From Nitrososphaerales archaeon (GTDB lineage: Archaea; Thermoproteota; Nitrososphaeria; Nitrososphaerales; UBA213): 64,000 bases of DNA. Where the stretch lies: positions 224,001-288,000 of the forward strand of contig CBDAOC010000019.1 in NCBI GenBank assembly GCA_965197925.1, written 5' to 3'. Positions 21,167 through 30,983 of this stretch are shown piece by piece. Each line of letters begins with the position of its first letter. Position 1 is the first letter of the stretch. The translations under genes were made by a program, and so were the position numbers. The notes beneath the pieces are model-generated. The model worked only from the letters and a program-made list of their open reading frames with translations. It had not been told where the DNA came from and ran no database searches.

Positions 21167-21529
21167 TCAAGTATGATTAAGAACTTTCTCTAATACAATA
21201 TCAACAGCTTTGTCAAAAGAACCATCTATCTTCTTCATTATAGTGTTTACCACCTTTTCTGCTTCCTCCGTTATAACTTTCGCCTCCTCATCAGCCTCCC
21301 GTTTCACCTGATCGATAATGTGCTTTGCTTCTTCTTGAGCAATTTCTGTTATTTTTGTTTTCAAATTTTCTATTTCCTCTTCAGCATAAGCGTTAAATTT
21401 TTTCTTGATACCCTCAACCGAGGCGTTAATTGTATCCAAATCATTCTCCAACTGGGAGAGCGAATTTATGATACCCTCAACCGAGGATTCTATCGGCTTA
21501 ATTTCTTTGGTTGGTTGTTCCATAGGCAA
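21167..21529 (-). CDS. Coiled-coil protein resembling A/V-type ATPase subunit H/G
   Basis: AQEEAKHIIDQVKREADEEA stalk pattern and C-terminal FDKAVDIVL. Confidence 0.55.
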   Translation of the reverse strand: MPMEQPTKEIKPIESSVEGIINSLSQLENDLDTINASVEGIKKKFNAYAEEEIENLKTKITEIAQEEAKHIIDQVKREADEEAKVITEEAEKVVNTIMKKIDGSFDKAVDIVLEKVLNHT

Positions 21530-21560
21530 ATGGAGTTGTTTGAAAATGGGTATTAATTCC

Positions 21561-21899
21561 TTACTTCGTTGTGAGGGTAAGAATTGCTTTTGCTAAATCT
21601 CCCTTTGACTCGGTCAGTGCCTGTATCGAAATTTCTTTACTCACACTAGCCTGTTGTGAAACTAGCATGATATCCTCCTCACTAAATTTTGGCACTTCCC
21701 GTTCGGTTTCTTGAATATCGTCTCCAACTACTTGATATATTGTAGAATCTTGACTCTTTAATTCTGCCACTGTCGGTCCCCTAATGACTATTTCCCTATC
21801 ATCGGTCTTTATAACAACTTCTTCTACATTCTTGAGCTCGTTCATGTTAAGGCCCATCTTATCAAGCATACGTCTCATTTGTCTATTTCCACGCATCAT
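21561..21899 (-). CDS. nac: Nascent polypeptide-associated complex protein
   Basis: Motifs RQMRRMLDKMG and VEEVVIK; UBA-like EEDIMLVSQQA...GDLAKAILTL. Confidence 0.95.
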   Translation of the reverse strand: MMRGNRQMRRMLDKMGLNMNELKNVEEVVIKTDDREIVIRGPTVAELKSQDSTIYQVVGDDIQETEREVPKFSEEDIMLVSQQASVSKEISIQALTESKGDLAKAILTLTTK

Positions 21900-21909
21900 A
21901 AGATTATTT

Positions 21910-22389
21910 TCACCTTCCTCCTTTTAAACTCTCGCGTATCTTTACTGCTACGCCCCGTTTGAACTCCTTGATCATTTTGGCCGAAAGAATTGCCTTACCA
22001 ACAGCAATAACCTCATCTCTCTGGTCCAATACAGCTACATCACTACCTACCATTACATTATTGCCACAGTTAATAACATGTTTACAAAAGACTGAACTAC
22101 CATTTGAGATGAATTCTGCAATCTCATTATCAACTGTAACACAATTCTCCCTGAAGACCTTGCTTCTTAATAGTACGTTAGCACCGTAAATCGAAATGGC
22201 CAACCAACCATCTGTGCGTAATGTAGCAACTAAATTGTTATCATGGAGAATAAATTTTATTCTCCCAGTTCTTTTAGAAAAAGTAAATTCAAACTTTTCT
22301 ATAGGTATAGAAGAGGAAATACCACTTCCAAAAATAGCGTCAATGTTGGCCGCGATCTTTTTCCTTGGATCTATAGATAATTTATTCAT
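21910..22389 (-). CDS. PUA-domain RNA-binding protein (archaeal TGT C-terminal-like)
   Basis: Motifs SKRTGRIK, GSSVFCKHV and GVAVKIRE. Confidence 0.88.
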   Translation of the reverse strand: MNKLSIDPRKKIAANIDAIFGSGISSSIPIEKFEFTFSKRTGRIKFILHDNNLVATLRTDGWLAISIYGANVLLRSKVFRENCVTVDNEIAEFISNGSSVFCKHVINCGNNVMVGSDVAVLDQRDEVIAVGKAILSAKMIKEFKRGVAVKIRESLKGGR

Positions 22390-22963
22390 ACAGATTTTGA
22401 ATTGTAGGTTTAATTTAATAGTCTTTTGATGGAAGGGCTAAAGCAACTGAGTAAGTGATTTGATGGAACTGTATTCTCTTGACTGCCTTAATCATCCAAC
22501 TAATACATGAAAGAATCTTACCAAAGGGATGAATGATATGATAATAAAGAAGGAAGACCCTTAATGCCATAATTTAGAAAAATGGATAGAAGATCCTAAC
22601 GGATAGAAGTTCTTCAAATATTGGGAGCATGATGTTTACGCAAAACCATAGCGGGTTGTAAAGAAGATTCTAGTATATTTTTGATTCCCGTCCTTCGTTT
22701 TTACATTCTAAACGGGAACTACCTTAATTTTTATATGCAAGAGTAAGTCTGTGATAGACAGTCATTGAAATCCTAAGCTATTTCGCCAATTCATTACGGT
22801 TTACCCAATACCATCTATTGACTGTGGCTGAAAACTGATCATATTACGTTACTTTAATACAGTCATTACAAGATTATTAGAAATAAAATTGAACTTCCTG
22901 ATATAATTCCACTATAAAGCATAGGGTGATGGGTTTATAATCCCCGTTTGGCTTGCCTAACTC

Positions 22964-23415
22964 ATTAAGGTTGAACACAAAACTCTTCTTTCCTGGAAGT
23001 CTCGGCTTCCTCACATTTACAACCTTGGATAATATCTCCATTTTTATCCCTTGCATAGATAAGCCTCATAATTACTTGTAATTCAAAGCAGCATGAAGCA
23101 GTCACCTCTACATCTTATATATCAGAATTCTGAATAGCCGGTGGGATATTAGCATATCCTGCTGGATCTACATTATTCAAGTTCCATTCATAATTTTACT
23201 CAAGCTAACAACCTTTCTCGCCGCATTTTCCACTAGACTGCAAGTATTCTTGGTTTGAATCTATAATGATCATAACGCCTCTTAACTACAATTGCTATAT
23301 GTCTTCCTTTATTGAATATTAGATCACATTCACAGCTACCCTCAACTGTCACTAGGGTTTTAGTTCTCAGTTTCTTTGTTTTAGATTTCACTTTTTTCAA
23401 TTTTGCCGTCCCATC
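22964..23415 (-). pseudogene. Decayed Cys-rich hypothetical gene
   Basis: Codon-like stretches (VEGSCECDLIFNKGRH; EVTASCCFELQVIMRLIYARDKNGDIIQGCKCEE) broken by stops and frameshifts. Confidence 0.35.
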
Positions 23416-23600
23416 CTCCCTTTTTGTATTGGTATTGTAAGATCAAAGTATTTGAAATAATATAAGATATTAAGAATCGAATGTGAACAATTTCCTAATC
23501 TTAAAGAGAAGTAAGAATGATGAATTTATTCTGGACTGTATGTTGCCATCTAATCTTCGAGCAAACTTCTGAAGTGTTATATAAGGTGATATCTGACTAA

Positions 23601-24011
23601 TTATATAAGATATAATAAAGAATGTTTCTTACAGCTATTCACAACCCCTCTATAACTCATTCCCTCAGACCTTTGAAGTTGAATTTCTGGTAATCTTACT
23701 TTTACCCTGAATTTGTAGGGATTGATATCAATATCATAATAGACGAGATACCGTCTGATAATGGTGAGATACAAACTGATGGTGCTTGATTGGTTTTTCC
23801 TTTCATCAAGATAATCAACCAACCTGTTTAATACATTGTGAGGATCCAGTTTGTCATTCTTGAGTAATAATGTTAGCATTGATTTCCATGTATTAATTGC
23901 TCAGGCTGAAGGATTCAAAACATCTCTACGCTTTCCTAGAATTCTTTGTTTTGAGTTTTTTGTATGGGATCTACGAAACATCAAACCAACATAATCTTCA
24001 ACCAGTTCCAT
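23601..24011 (-). pseudogene. Tyrosine integrase N-terminal stub 2
   Basis: ATG at 24011 begins MELVEDYVGLMFRRSH; after frameshifts it reads LDPHNVLNRLVDYLDE...STISLYLTIIRRYLVYYDIDI...KVRLP. The catalytic domain is absent. Confidence 0.7.
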
Positions 24012-24064
24012 TAGCTGAAAATTGAGCCAAGACGTATATAAGTAAACATAACATATCCATAATT

Positions 24065-25288
24065 GTGCAGGCTATACTCATAACTTATCCACAACGTGAT
24101 TCTATTAAGGAAGCAATTGCACTTGCAGAAGCATGTGGTTATGAGATTATAAAAATTGTTACACAACGTTACTTGACAAAATCACGATATGGTATTGGGC
24201 CTGGAAAGGCCGAAGAAGTAAAAGAATATGTTAGAGAGTTAAAACCTGATCTAATAATATATGATCAAGTGCTTAAAGCTGTGCAGGTATACAATCTTGC
24301 TAAATTATTACAAATTGAAATAATCGATAGAGAAGGGTTGATACTGGAAATTTTCGATAAGAGAGCCAGGAGTGCAGAATCTAGAATACAGGTGAAACTA
24401 GCTCAACTGAGATATGAGATGACTAGAGCCAGAGAAAAGGTTAGGCTCGCCAGACAGGGTGAGCAACCAGGATTTTTTGGCCTTGGGAAGTATGAAGTTG
24501 ACATTTATTATCGTGATATCAAAAGGAGAATAGCTAATCTTAAACAAAAACTAACCAAAATTGCTACGAGGAGGGATCTTTACAGATATCAAAGATCAAA
24601 ACAGGGTCTTCCGTCGGTTTCACTGTCTGGATATACTTCTGTAGGGAAGACTACACTTTTTAATTCGCTTATTGGCGGGAATCATGATATTGGTAAAGGG
24701 TTGTTTACAACTCTTTCGACCTCGACTAGGGGGTTGGAACTAAAGGAGAAAAAGGTATTGATATCAGACACAGTTGGTTTCATAAGCAAACTACCTGCTT
24801 ACATGATAGAGGCATTCAAATCTACTCTTGATGAATTGACGTATGCAGATTTGGTACTTCTATTAATTGATATTAGTGAACCCTTGGCCGAGGTGGAAAG
24901 AAAATATGATAGCTCTGTAAGAATTCTTAATGAACTGCATGTGCCACAGACTAAGGTGCTTAATGTTTTGAATAAGGTTGATCTGATAAGTAAAGAAGAA
25001 GCAATAGAAAAAGCGAAGCTATTGAATATTTTGGAAAGCAATAGATATGTCATAGTATCATCAAAGACAGGGTTCAATATAGCACGGCTCAAGGAGTTGA
25101 TCAATAACATAATATTTGATGAGGTTAAAGTCAGGGTAGATAATGAACAGAAGATTCTCCCTAATGATGAATGTATAGGAGCTAATGAAATCCCTATTAG
25201 TAATTTCGACAAACAAGTGGCTGGCAATGAACTCACTAATGTGAGTAGTTCGTCATACCTTCTGGATCCCCTTGACAAAAATGATTGA
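24065..25288 (+). CDS. hflX: GTPase HflX
   Basis: Motifs IDREGLILEIF, GYTSVGKTTLFN, LFTTL, DTVGFI and NKVD; TATATAAG at 24035. Confidence 0.97.
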   Translation: MQAILITYPQRDSIKEAIALAEACGYEIIKIVTQRYLTKSRYGIGPGKAEEVKEYVRELKPDLIIYDQVLKAVQVYNLAKLLQIEIIDREGLILEIFDKRARSAESRIQVKLAQLRYEMTRAREKVRLARQGEQPGFFGLGKYEVDIYYRDIKRRIANLKQKLTKIATRRDLYRYQRSKQGLPSVSLSGYTSVGKTTLFNSLIGGNHDIGKGLFTTLSTSTRGLELKEKKVLISDTVGFISKLPAYMIEAFKSTLDELTYADLVLLLIDISEPLAEVERKYDSSVRILNELHVPQTKVLNVLNKVDLISKEEAIEKAKLLNILESNRYVIVSSKTGFNIARLKELINNIIFDEVKVRVDNEQKILPNDECIGANEIPISNFDKQVAGNELTNVSSSSYLLDPLDKND

Positions 25289-25851
25289 GTATGAAAACAT
25301 CAGTTCTTAGGATGGGTCATAGGGTTGTTAGGGATTATAGGGCTACTACCCATGTAGCACTAGTTGCAAGGGCATTTGGTGCGGATAATATGTTAGTGGG
25401 TAACGCTGAAGATGACATCAAAAAAACAATCAAAGAGGTTAATGAACGATGGGGAGGTTACTTCGAAGTTAAAGAGGTTAAGAGTTGGAGGAATACAATT
25501 ACTGAATGGAAGAATAAAGGTGGTGACGTGGTACATCTCACCATGTATGGGGTCAATGTCGATGATACGATCAATGAGATCAAGAACAATAAAAAGGACC
25601 TGCTAATCATAGTAGGGGCTGAGAAGGTACCCCGTGAAGTGTATCATCTTAGCGATTATAATATTTCAATAGGAAATCAACCACATTCGGAGATAGCTGC
25701 TCTTGCAATATTTCTTGACAGATTGTTTGGAGGTACGCAATTAAAAAGTGAATTTAATGGAAGGTTCAGTATCATACCTAGGAAAAGGGATAAGGCTGTT
25801 AAAATTAATGAAGTTAAATATATATCAACGGTTGACAAGGTGTACTTGTAA
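25285..25851 (+). CDS. trm56: tRNA (cytidine56-2'-O)-methyltransferase
   Basis: Motifs LRMGHR, RATTHVALVARAFGA, HLTMYG and GNQPHSE. Confidence 0.96.
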   Translation: MSMKTSVLRMGHRVVRDYRATTHVALVARAFGADNMLVGNAEDDIKKTIKEVNERWGGYFEVKEVKSWRNTITEWKNKGGDVVHLTMYGVNVDDTINEIKNNKKDLLIIVGAEKVPREVYHLSDYNISIGNQPHSEIAALAIFLDRLFGGTQLKSEFNGRFSIIPRKRDKAVKINEVKYISTVDKVYL

Positions 25852-26376
25852 ATGCGAATAGAATACGAAGACTCTTTTGTTCAGATCGCACGTTTGATTG
25901 GAGGAGACGAATATCTTAAAGTTGCAAGAGCCTTGCTTAATGCAGAAGATGCTACTGATGAAGAGATTGCCAGTGCAACTGGTTTGAGGATTAACATAGT
26001 TAGAAAGGTCCTTTATGATACCTTCGGTAAGGCACTTATCACTGGTGTAAGAGTAAAAGATGAAAAGAAAGGTTGGTTTGTCTATAGGTGGAGGGCTAAG
26101 CGGGATCATGTTGATAATTTCATAGAGAATCAGAAGAAGACAATCCTTGATAGGTTAAAAAAGAGGTTACAATATGAGGAATCCACTGAATTCTATCATT
26201 GCAGTAATCCAGATTGTCCCAGGGTTGCATTTGAACAATCTGTAGAAATGTTCTTCAAATGTCCTAACTGCAGAAGCTTACTGAATTTAATTGAAAATGC
26301 TAATCTAAAACAGGCGCTGAGACAGAAAATAGAGAAGATATCCAGAGATTTACAGAGCAGATCTCCAGAGATATAA
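25852..26376 (+). CDS. tfe: Transcription factor E alpha
   Basis: wHTH motif TDEEIA...VRKVLY, GWFVYRW, and Zn ribbon CSNPDC...FKCPNC. Confidence 0.96.
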   Translation: MRIEYEDSFVQIARLIGGDEYLKVARALLNAEDATDEEIASATGLRINIVRKVLYDTFGKALITGVRVKDEKKGWFVYRWRAKRDHVDNFIENQKKTILDRLKKRLQYEESTEFYHCSNPDCPRVAFEQSVEMFFKCPNCRSLLNLIENANLKQALRQKIEKISRDLQSRSPEI

Positions 26377-26539
26377 TCAAGAAATAGTTTAATACAAGAT
26401 TCTAACAAGGTAATTGAAACTTTTTTTGTTTGAGAAAATTTCCCATCGACGAAATTATTAGATATCTAAAGTCTAAAAAGTACACTAACAATGGATTGCC
26501 AATGATTGTTGGATTGCATTCCCCAATTTTCATGAATTT

Positions 26540-27223
26540 TTAGAAGAGATGAGTGTTAACCCTCATTATTTTGTATGACAGAATCACCTCATCTTCAATC
26601 TTCTTTATTTTTTCTAATTTAAGTTTGATTTTACAATTATTTATCCTGGGAAACCCCATTCCTTCGACCAGTGTTATTGCATTTCTTCCTCCAACTATCT
26701 TGGGTGCCACTGTTACCATAATTTCATCAACCAGTCCGGCCCTTAGCATACTCCAATTGATCTCCCCCCCTCCTTCGACCAAGACTTTGTTTATTCCTTT
26801 ATCTTTCAGCATTATTAGTAATTTCTTTAGATCAACCTGATTCTTGCCACATATGAACACTGAAGCACCTAGAGATCTTATTTTCTTCAAGTTTGGTCTA
26901 CTAGCTCTGTTCGAAACAGCAATGATAGTAGATACATTTTTGCAAGTATGCATTACTTTCGTTCTTGAATTGATCCTAGCTTTGCTGTCAATTATGATAC
27001 GTGTAGGATTCCTTGTTCTATACTTGGCTACAAGCATAGGATTGTCAGTTAATACTGTATTGATACCAACTAATATTGCATCGACAGTTCCTCTTAATCT
27101 ATGAACCCTTGTTAAATCTTTCTTGGATGATATTGAAGAATCACCCTTGGTACTAGCGATCTTTCCATCAAGGGTCATCGCTGCATTCAATATTACATAG
27201 GGTCTACAGCTCCCCATGCACAA
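26540..27223 (-). CDS. arfC: 2,5-diamino-6-ribosylamino-4(3H)-pyrimidinone 5'-phosphate reductase (RibD C-terminal domain only)
   Basis: Motifs AAMTLDGKIA, DAILVGINTVLTDNP and LVEGGG; no deaminase domain. Confidence 0.93.
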   Translation of the reverse strand: MCMGSCRPYVILNAAMTLDGKIASTKGDSSISSKKDLTRVHRLRGTVDAILVGINTVLTDNPMLVAKYRTRNPTRIIIDSKARINSRTKVMHTCKNVSTIIAVSNRASRPNLKKIRSLGASVFICGKNQVDLKKLLIMLKDKGINKVLVEGGGEINWSMLRAGLVDEIMVTVAPKIVGGRNAITLVEGMGFPRINNCKIKLKLEKIKKIEDEVILSYKIMRVNTHLF

Positions 27224-28409
27224 CCTTTCCTCCCTTCATCACAGCCATAATGTTGCTTTCATTTACTCTGTGTGCTATCGTTGTATAAGGATCATGCATA
27301 GGTTCTATGTCAATAGAGTGTGTATCTATGAAAATTGCATCGGCGAACATTTTTTCTTCTATATAACCCAACTTTTCAAGTTTCAGTATATTGGCTGGAT
27401 TGACAGTTACCATTTTAACAAGTTCCTTAGCACTCAGGAAAGTACTTTCAAGAGCTCTACTAACCTTCCACAAATAATCTAATTCTCTGAATAGATCTGG
27501 AGAGTTAAGCATCACATTATCAGTTCCTATGGCAATCTTGCATCCATATTTGATCATCCTAGCGATCTTTGGTATACCAGCACCAATTACCCCATTGGCC
27601 CTTGGACACACAATTATACCTATATTTTTCTCCGCTACCCTACGCATGTCTTCATCAGTTGCATTAGTCATATGGACAACAAAATCCGGTCTAAGATGTT
27701 CCACTATGCGAGTTACCTCACTTTTCCTACAATTTTTTATTGAGTATTCATATGCTTTCACGGTCTCGGCAGCGTGTATAGCAAGAAGTTTACCATTTTC
27801 CCTCCCAATTCTTCGAAAATATTTTAATGCCTTATCGCTATACTCGTTAGCACCACTAATACCAAAACCATCACATGAATTTATCACTTTTTCCGCCATT
27901 CTTGCTACCTCTTTGGGCAATTCATCATTATTCTGTAAAGAATCTTCACTAAAATAATATTCTATTCTACCAAGACAAATACATCTGATCCCCATCTCAC
28001 CTACAGCGTCCTTTAACAACCCGATACCATCGATTCCGTCTTCTCTAAAGTCCGCAAAGGATGTGATACCTTTCTTTAACATCGATAACAAACTTGTCTT
28101 CATGTAAGTAGTCAAATGTTCTTTCTTGCTCTCTTTCAAGACGGTGCGTTTTATACTGGATATTGGGTTTACACGTTGATCCAACCCTTGATCTGATCCT
28201 ACATCTTTCGCTATGGAATCAGCAATATGCGTATGTGCATTTATTAGCCCTGGAATCATCAGGGAACCTTTTCCATCATAAACATCTCCATCATAAACAA
28301 TCGGGTCTTTAGTAATAGTTTCAAATACTCCATTTTCGATAATAATATTTACATTCTGTATGAATGTCAAATCTTTACCATATAGCACACTAACATTATT
28401 TATAAGCAA
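27204..28409 (-). CDS. Metal-dependent amidohydrolase/deaminase within the riboflavin cluster
   Basis: Motifs PGLINAHTH, IHAAE, VHMT and GTDN; overlaps both neighbouring genes. Confidence 0.9.
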   Translation of the reverse strand: MLINNVSVLYGKDLTFIQNVNIIIENGVFETITKDPIVYDGDVYDGKGSLMIPGLINAHTHIADSIAKDVGSDQGLDQRVNPISSIKRTVLKESKKEHLTTYMKTSLLSMLKKGITSFADFREDGIDGIGLLKDAVGEMGIRCICLGRIEYYFSEDSLQNNDELPKEVARMAEKVINSCDGFGISGANEYSDKALKYFRRIGRENGKLLAIHAAETVKAYEYSIKNCRKSEVTRIVEHLRPDFVVHMTNATDEDMRRVAEKNIGIIVCPRANGVIGAGIPKIARMIKYGCKIAIGTDNVMLNSPDLFRELDYLWKVSRALESTFLSAKELVKMVTVNPANILKLEKLGYIEEKMFADAIFIDTHSIDIEPMHDPYTTIAHRVNESNIMAVMKGGKVVHGEL

Positions 28410-29149
28410 CTTATCTCAAAAACCTGTTCAATTTTTCCTTCTTTTCTAAGATCCCTGAGCGTATCAAGGGCTCTGGTCGCCATCTCAGCTGCCTTTCTAG
28501 CCGTTCTTGCCTTACCTATTCCACATTTGAGTTTGATATCCAAACCATTAACAACTTCATCCAATATAGCAGAAGTTTCAATATTGCTAACCCCATTTGC
28601 CACAACCATAAAATTGTCACCACCTAAGAAGAATGTAAGAGCTTTCTTTTCCATAAAATTCTGCACGAGTAATGCATGAAGTTGTACTATCATTGATGTT
28701 ATTTCATAGGGAGTCAGTCTTGTACTAAGCTTTGAGGTTGAACCGTCAATATCTAAGTGCATTATCTGTACATAATCATCACTTTTAGCACTACCGTATA
28801 CCTTAAACTTGGAATCATAAAAATCCTTGTTCTTACCTGCCTTATAAGCGTCCAAATGTGCCTCATAAGGTGTAGCACCGTTGCCTATGCTCATACTGAT
28901 ATCTAAATCGTATAAATTTAACAATTCCTGCAGAATTTCTATATGTTCCTTTGGCCCAAGTCCGTTAGTAATGGAAAACATCTCATCAAATCGATTAAAG
29001 AATACTAATGCCTTTTTATGAGCAAACAATTGCTGAACGTCGCTGTAAAGTCTTGATTGTAGGATTTGCAATTCGTGCTCCCTATCACTACCCTTCATTA
29101 GAGTCCAAGGACCATACCCATCTATTTTGATGATAGTTATCTGGACCAT
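28400..29149 (-). CDS. gch3: GTP cyclohydrolase III
   Basis: Motifs IDGYGPWT, DREHELQILQ, RFD and FLGGDNF. Confidence 0.95.
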   Translation of the reverse strand: MVQITIIKIDGYGPWTLMKGSDREHELQILQSRLYSDVQQLFAHKKALVFFNRFDEMFSITNGLGPKEHIEILQELLNLYDLDISMSIGNGATPYEAHLDAYKAGKNKDFYDSKFKVYGSAKSDDYVQIMHLDIDGSTSKLSTRLTPYEITSMIVQLHALLVQNFMEKKALTFFLGGDNFMVVANGVSNIETSAILDEVVNGLDIKLKCGIGKARTARKAAEMATRALDTLRDLRKEGKIEQVFEISCL

Positions 29150-29601
29150 TACCTTATCACATTCAATCTTTTGGCTCCTGCTCCATGAAGCTTCCTTAGC
29201 CTACCAGTCATCAGTACGGCCGCAGAAACTGCTCGAACAGAAACAACATTTATCCTATTCTTGGCTTGCAATTTGCTCATGTTGGGACCAGAGATACCTA
29301 GAGTGACAGGTTTACCATATCTCAAGGATAGGTCTACAATTGATCGAGCCGTATTCCGAGCAATAATCTCATCATGTTTTGTTTCCCCCTTTATGACGGC
29401 TCCCAAAGTAACGACTGAATCTATATCCTTCTTTTTCAATAAGTTTTCTATCATTAGCGGCATGTCGAATACTCCTGGAACGTAGCAAATATAGTTTACA
29501 ATAGCACCAAGTGATTCTACACGTTTCCTTGCAATTGCTAACATTTTTGATGTAACGTCTTCGTTGAATTCTGATACCACGAAAGCAATTCTAATTCTCA
29601 C
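29149..29601 (-). CDS. ribH: 6,7-dimethyl-8-ribityllumazine synthase
   Basis: Motifs VVSEFN, VPGVFDMP and GAVIKGETKHDE. Confidence 0.96.
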   Translation of the reverse strand: MRIRIAFVVSEFNEDVTSKMLAIARKRVESLGAIVNYICYVPGVFDMPLMIENLLKKKDIDSVVTLGAVIKGETKHDEIIARNTARSIVDLSLRYGKPVTLGISGPNMSKLQAKNRINVVSVRAVSAAVLMTGRLRKLHGAGAKRLNVIR

Positions 29602-30294
29602 TTAATGCACCTTTGCAAAATGTGATTCAAGTTCCCCACCCTCCACAATGACAAGACCATTTTCCCTAGAATAAAGCTGCGCACAATCTATCGACAATGC
29701 CTTGTATGTTGAACCATCCAGCATTTCGCAAATCGAAACAGTAGGAGTCAACCCTGCAAGCTGTGCCAAATAAACTGCCAGCTCAGTATGACCAACCCTA
29801 TTGTTGAACAACCCTTCAGATGCTATCAGAATGGGAACATGCCCCGGTGCTCTAAATGCCGATATAAAATCCCGCCTCGCATCAGACCCGTTTAGGGACT
29901 TTGAGCATATTCCTGCCATCTCGGTTATTGTTTTGGCTCTATCAAGATCGGTTATGCCGGTAAAGGTATTTTTATGGTTTATCGCTATAGAAAATGCTGG
30001 CTTATCCCCATATGGGGACTTGTCATAAACAAGATCTGCCATTGTAGGATTGACATCTTCAAGCATGCTTAACATGTCATACATATACACCAGTCCTAGC
30101 CTCTTTGCCATATCATGTCTTAATGCCAAACAGAGAAGACCGCCAGCATCTCTTCTAATTCTTGCTACAAGTGAAGGTGTGACGTATTCTGCAGCAACCA
30201 CCATATCTATTTCGTTCTCCCTTTTTCTGTTATCGTGTAGGAGGACAATCTCTCCCTTTTGTAGAGCATCGATCGCCGCTGTGAGAGAGGACAT
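29602..30294 (-). CDS. ribB: 3,4-dihydroxy-2-butanone 4-phosphate synthase (archaeal type)
   Basis: Motifs RENEIDM, TGITDLDRA, FRAPGHV, GHTE and CEML. Confidence 0.96.
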   Translation of the reverse strand: MSSLTAAIDALQKGEIVLLHDNRKRENEIDMVVAAEYVTPSLVARIRRDAGGLLCLALRHDMAKRLGLVYMYDMLSMLEDVNPTMADLVYDKSPYGDKPAFSIAINHKNTFTGITDLDRAKTITEMAGICSKSLNGSDARRDFISAFRAPGHVPILIASEGLFNNRVGHTELAVYLAQLAGLTPTVSICEMLDGSTYKALSIDCAQLYSRENGLVIVEGGELESHFAKVH

Positions 30295-30365
30295 ATATTA
30301 GGCAAAATTCATAAGCGATTATAAGTTTTACTACAATATTGTTACCAACCAATATATTGGTAGCA

Positions 30366-30971
30366 TTAATTCCTTTTTGTTAAAACCCTTCTAACATATT
30401 TTCCTAAAATGTCTACTTCAATATTTACGTGATGACCTTTTTTCTTCGAACCAAGCGTTGTTTGTGCAATAGTATGAGGAATCAGCGCTACTGACAGCCT
30501 GTCGTTCTTGGAATCTATAATTGTTAAGCTTACTCCGTCAATTGCAACCGAACCTTTTGGGACAATATATTTCGATAATTGCTTATTTAGTGAAATCCAT
30601 ATTTTCATCTGATCCTTCTGCTTTACCTTATCAATTATCTTGCCTTGACCATCAATATGTCCAAGAACGAAATGACCATCAATTGTATCGCCAGCTTTTA
30701 GGCTATGTTCAATATTTACCATCTCTCCGGGTATCAATGAACCTAAAGAGGTTTTTTTTACAGTTTCACTGATCAATTCAAAAATCGCCTTTTTTTTATT
30801 TAATTTTGTGATTGTCAAGCAGGCACCGTTTATAGATACGCTGTCACCAACTTTAACTCTGCGGGATGATCTGCCAAGATCTACTGTTAGTTGAGCAGCT
30901 CTTCCTCTACCTCTAATTTTCGAAATATCTTCTACCCGTCCTAGAACTTGAATTATCCCTGTAAACATCAT
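30366..30971 (-). CDS. ribC: Riboflavin synthase (bacterial/eukaryotic trimeric type)
   Basis: MFTGI N-terminus, GACLT, GHFVLGHIDG and KGSVAIDGVSLT. Confidence 0.95.
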   Translation of the reverse strand: MMFTGIIQVLGRVEDISKIRGRGRAAQLTVDLGRSSRRVKVGDSVSINGACLTITKLNKKKAIFELISETVKKTSLGSLIPGEMVNIEHSLKAGDTIDGHFVLGHIDGQGKIIDKVKQKDQMKIWISLNKQLSKYIVPKGSVAIDGVSLTIIDSKNDRLSVALIPHTIAQTTLGSKKKGHHVNIEVDILGKYVRRVLTKRN

Positions 30972-30983
30972 ATAAATTGCAAA

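Noticed and set aside
21407..21487. Repeat TGATACCCTCAACCGAGG twice within 21167-21529
   Set aside because: It encodes SVEGI twice within a coiled coil; ordinary intragenic repetition.
22684..22720. Inverted repeat TTCCCGT...ACGGGAA as a structured RNA or att site
   Set aside because: The stem is only 7 bp and has no other support.
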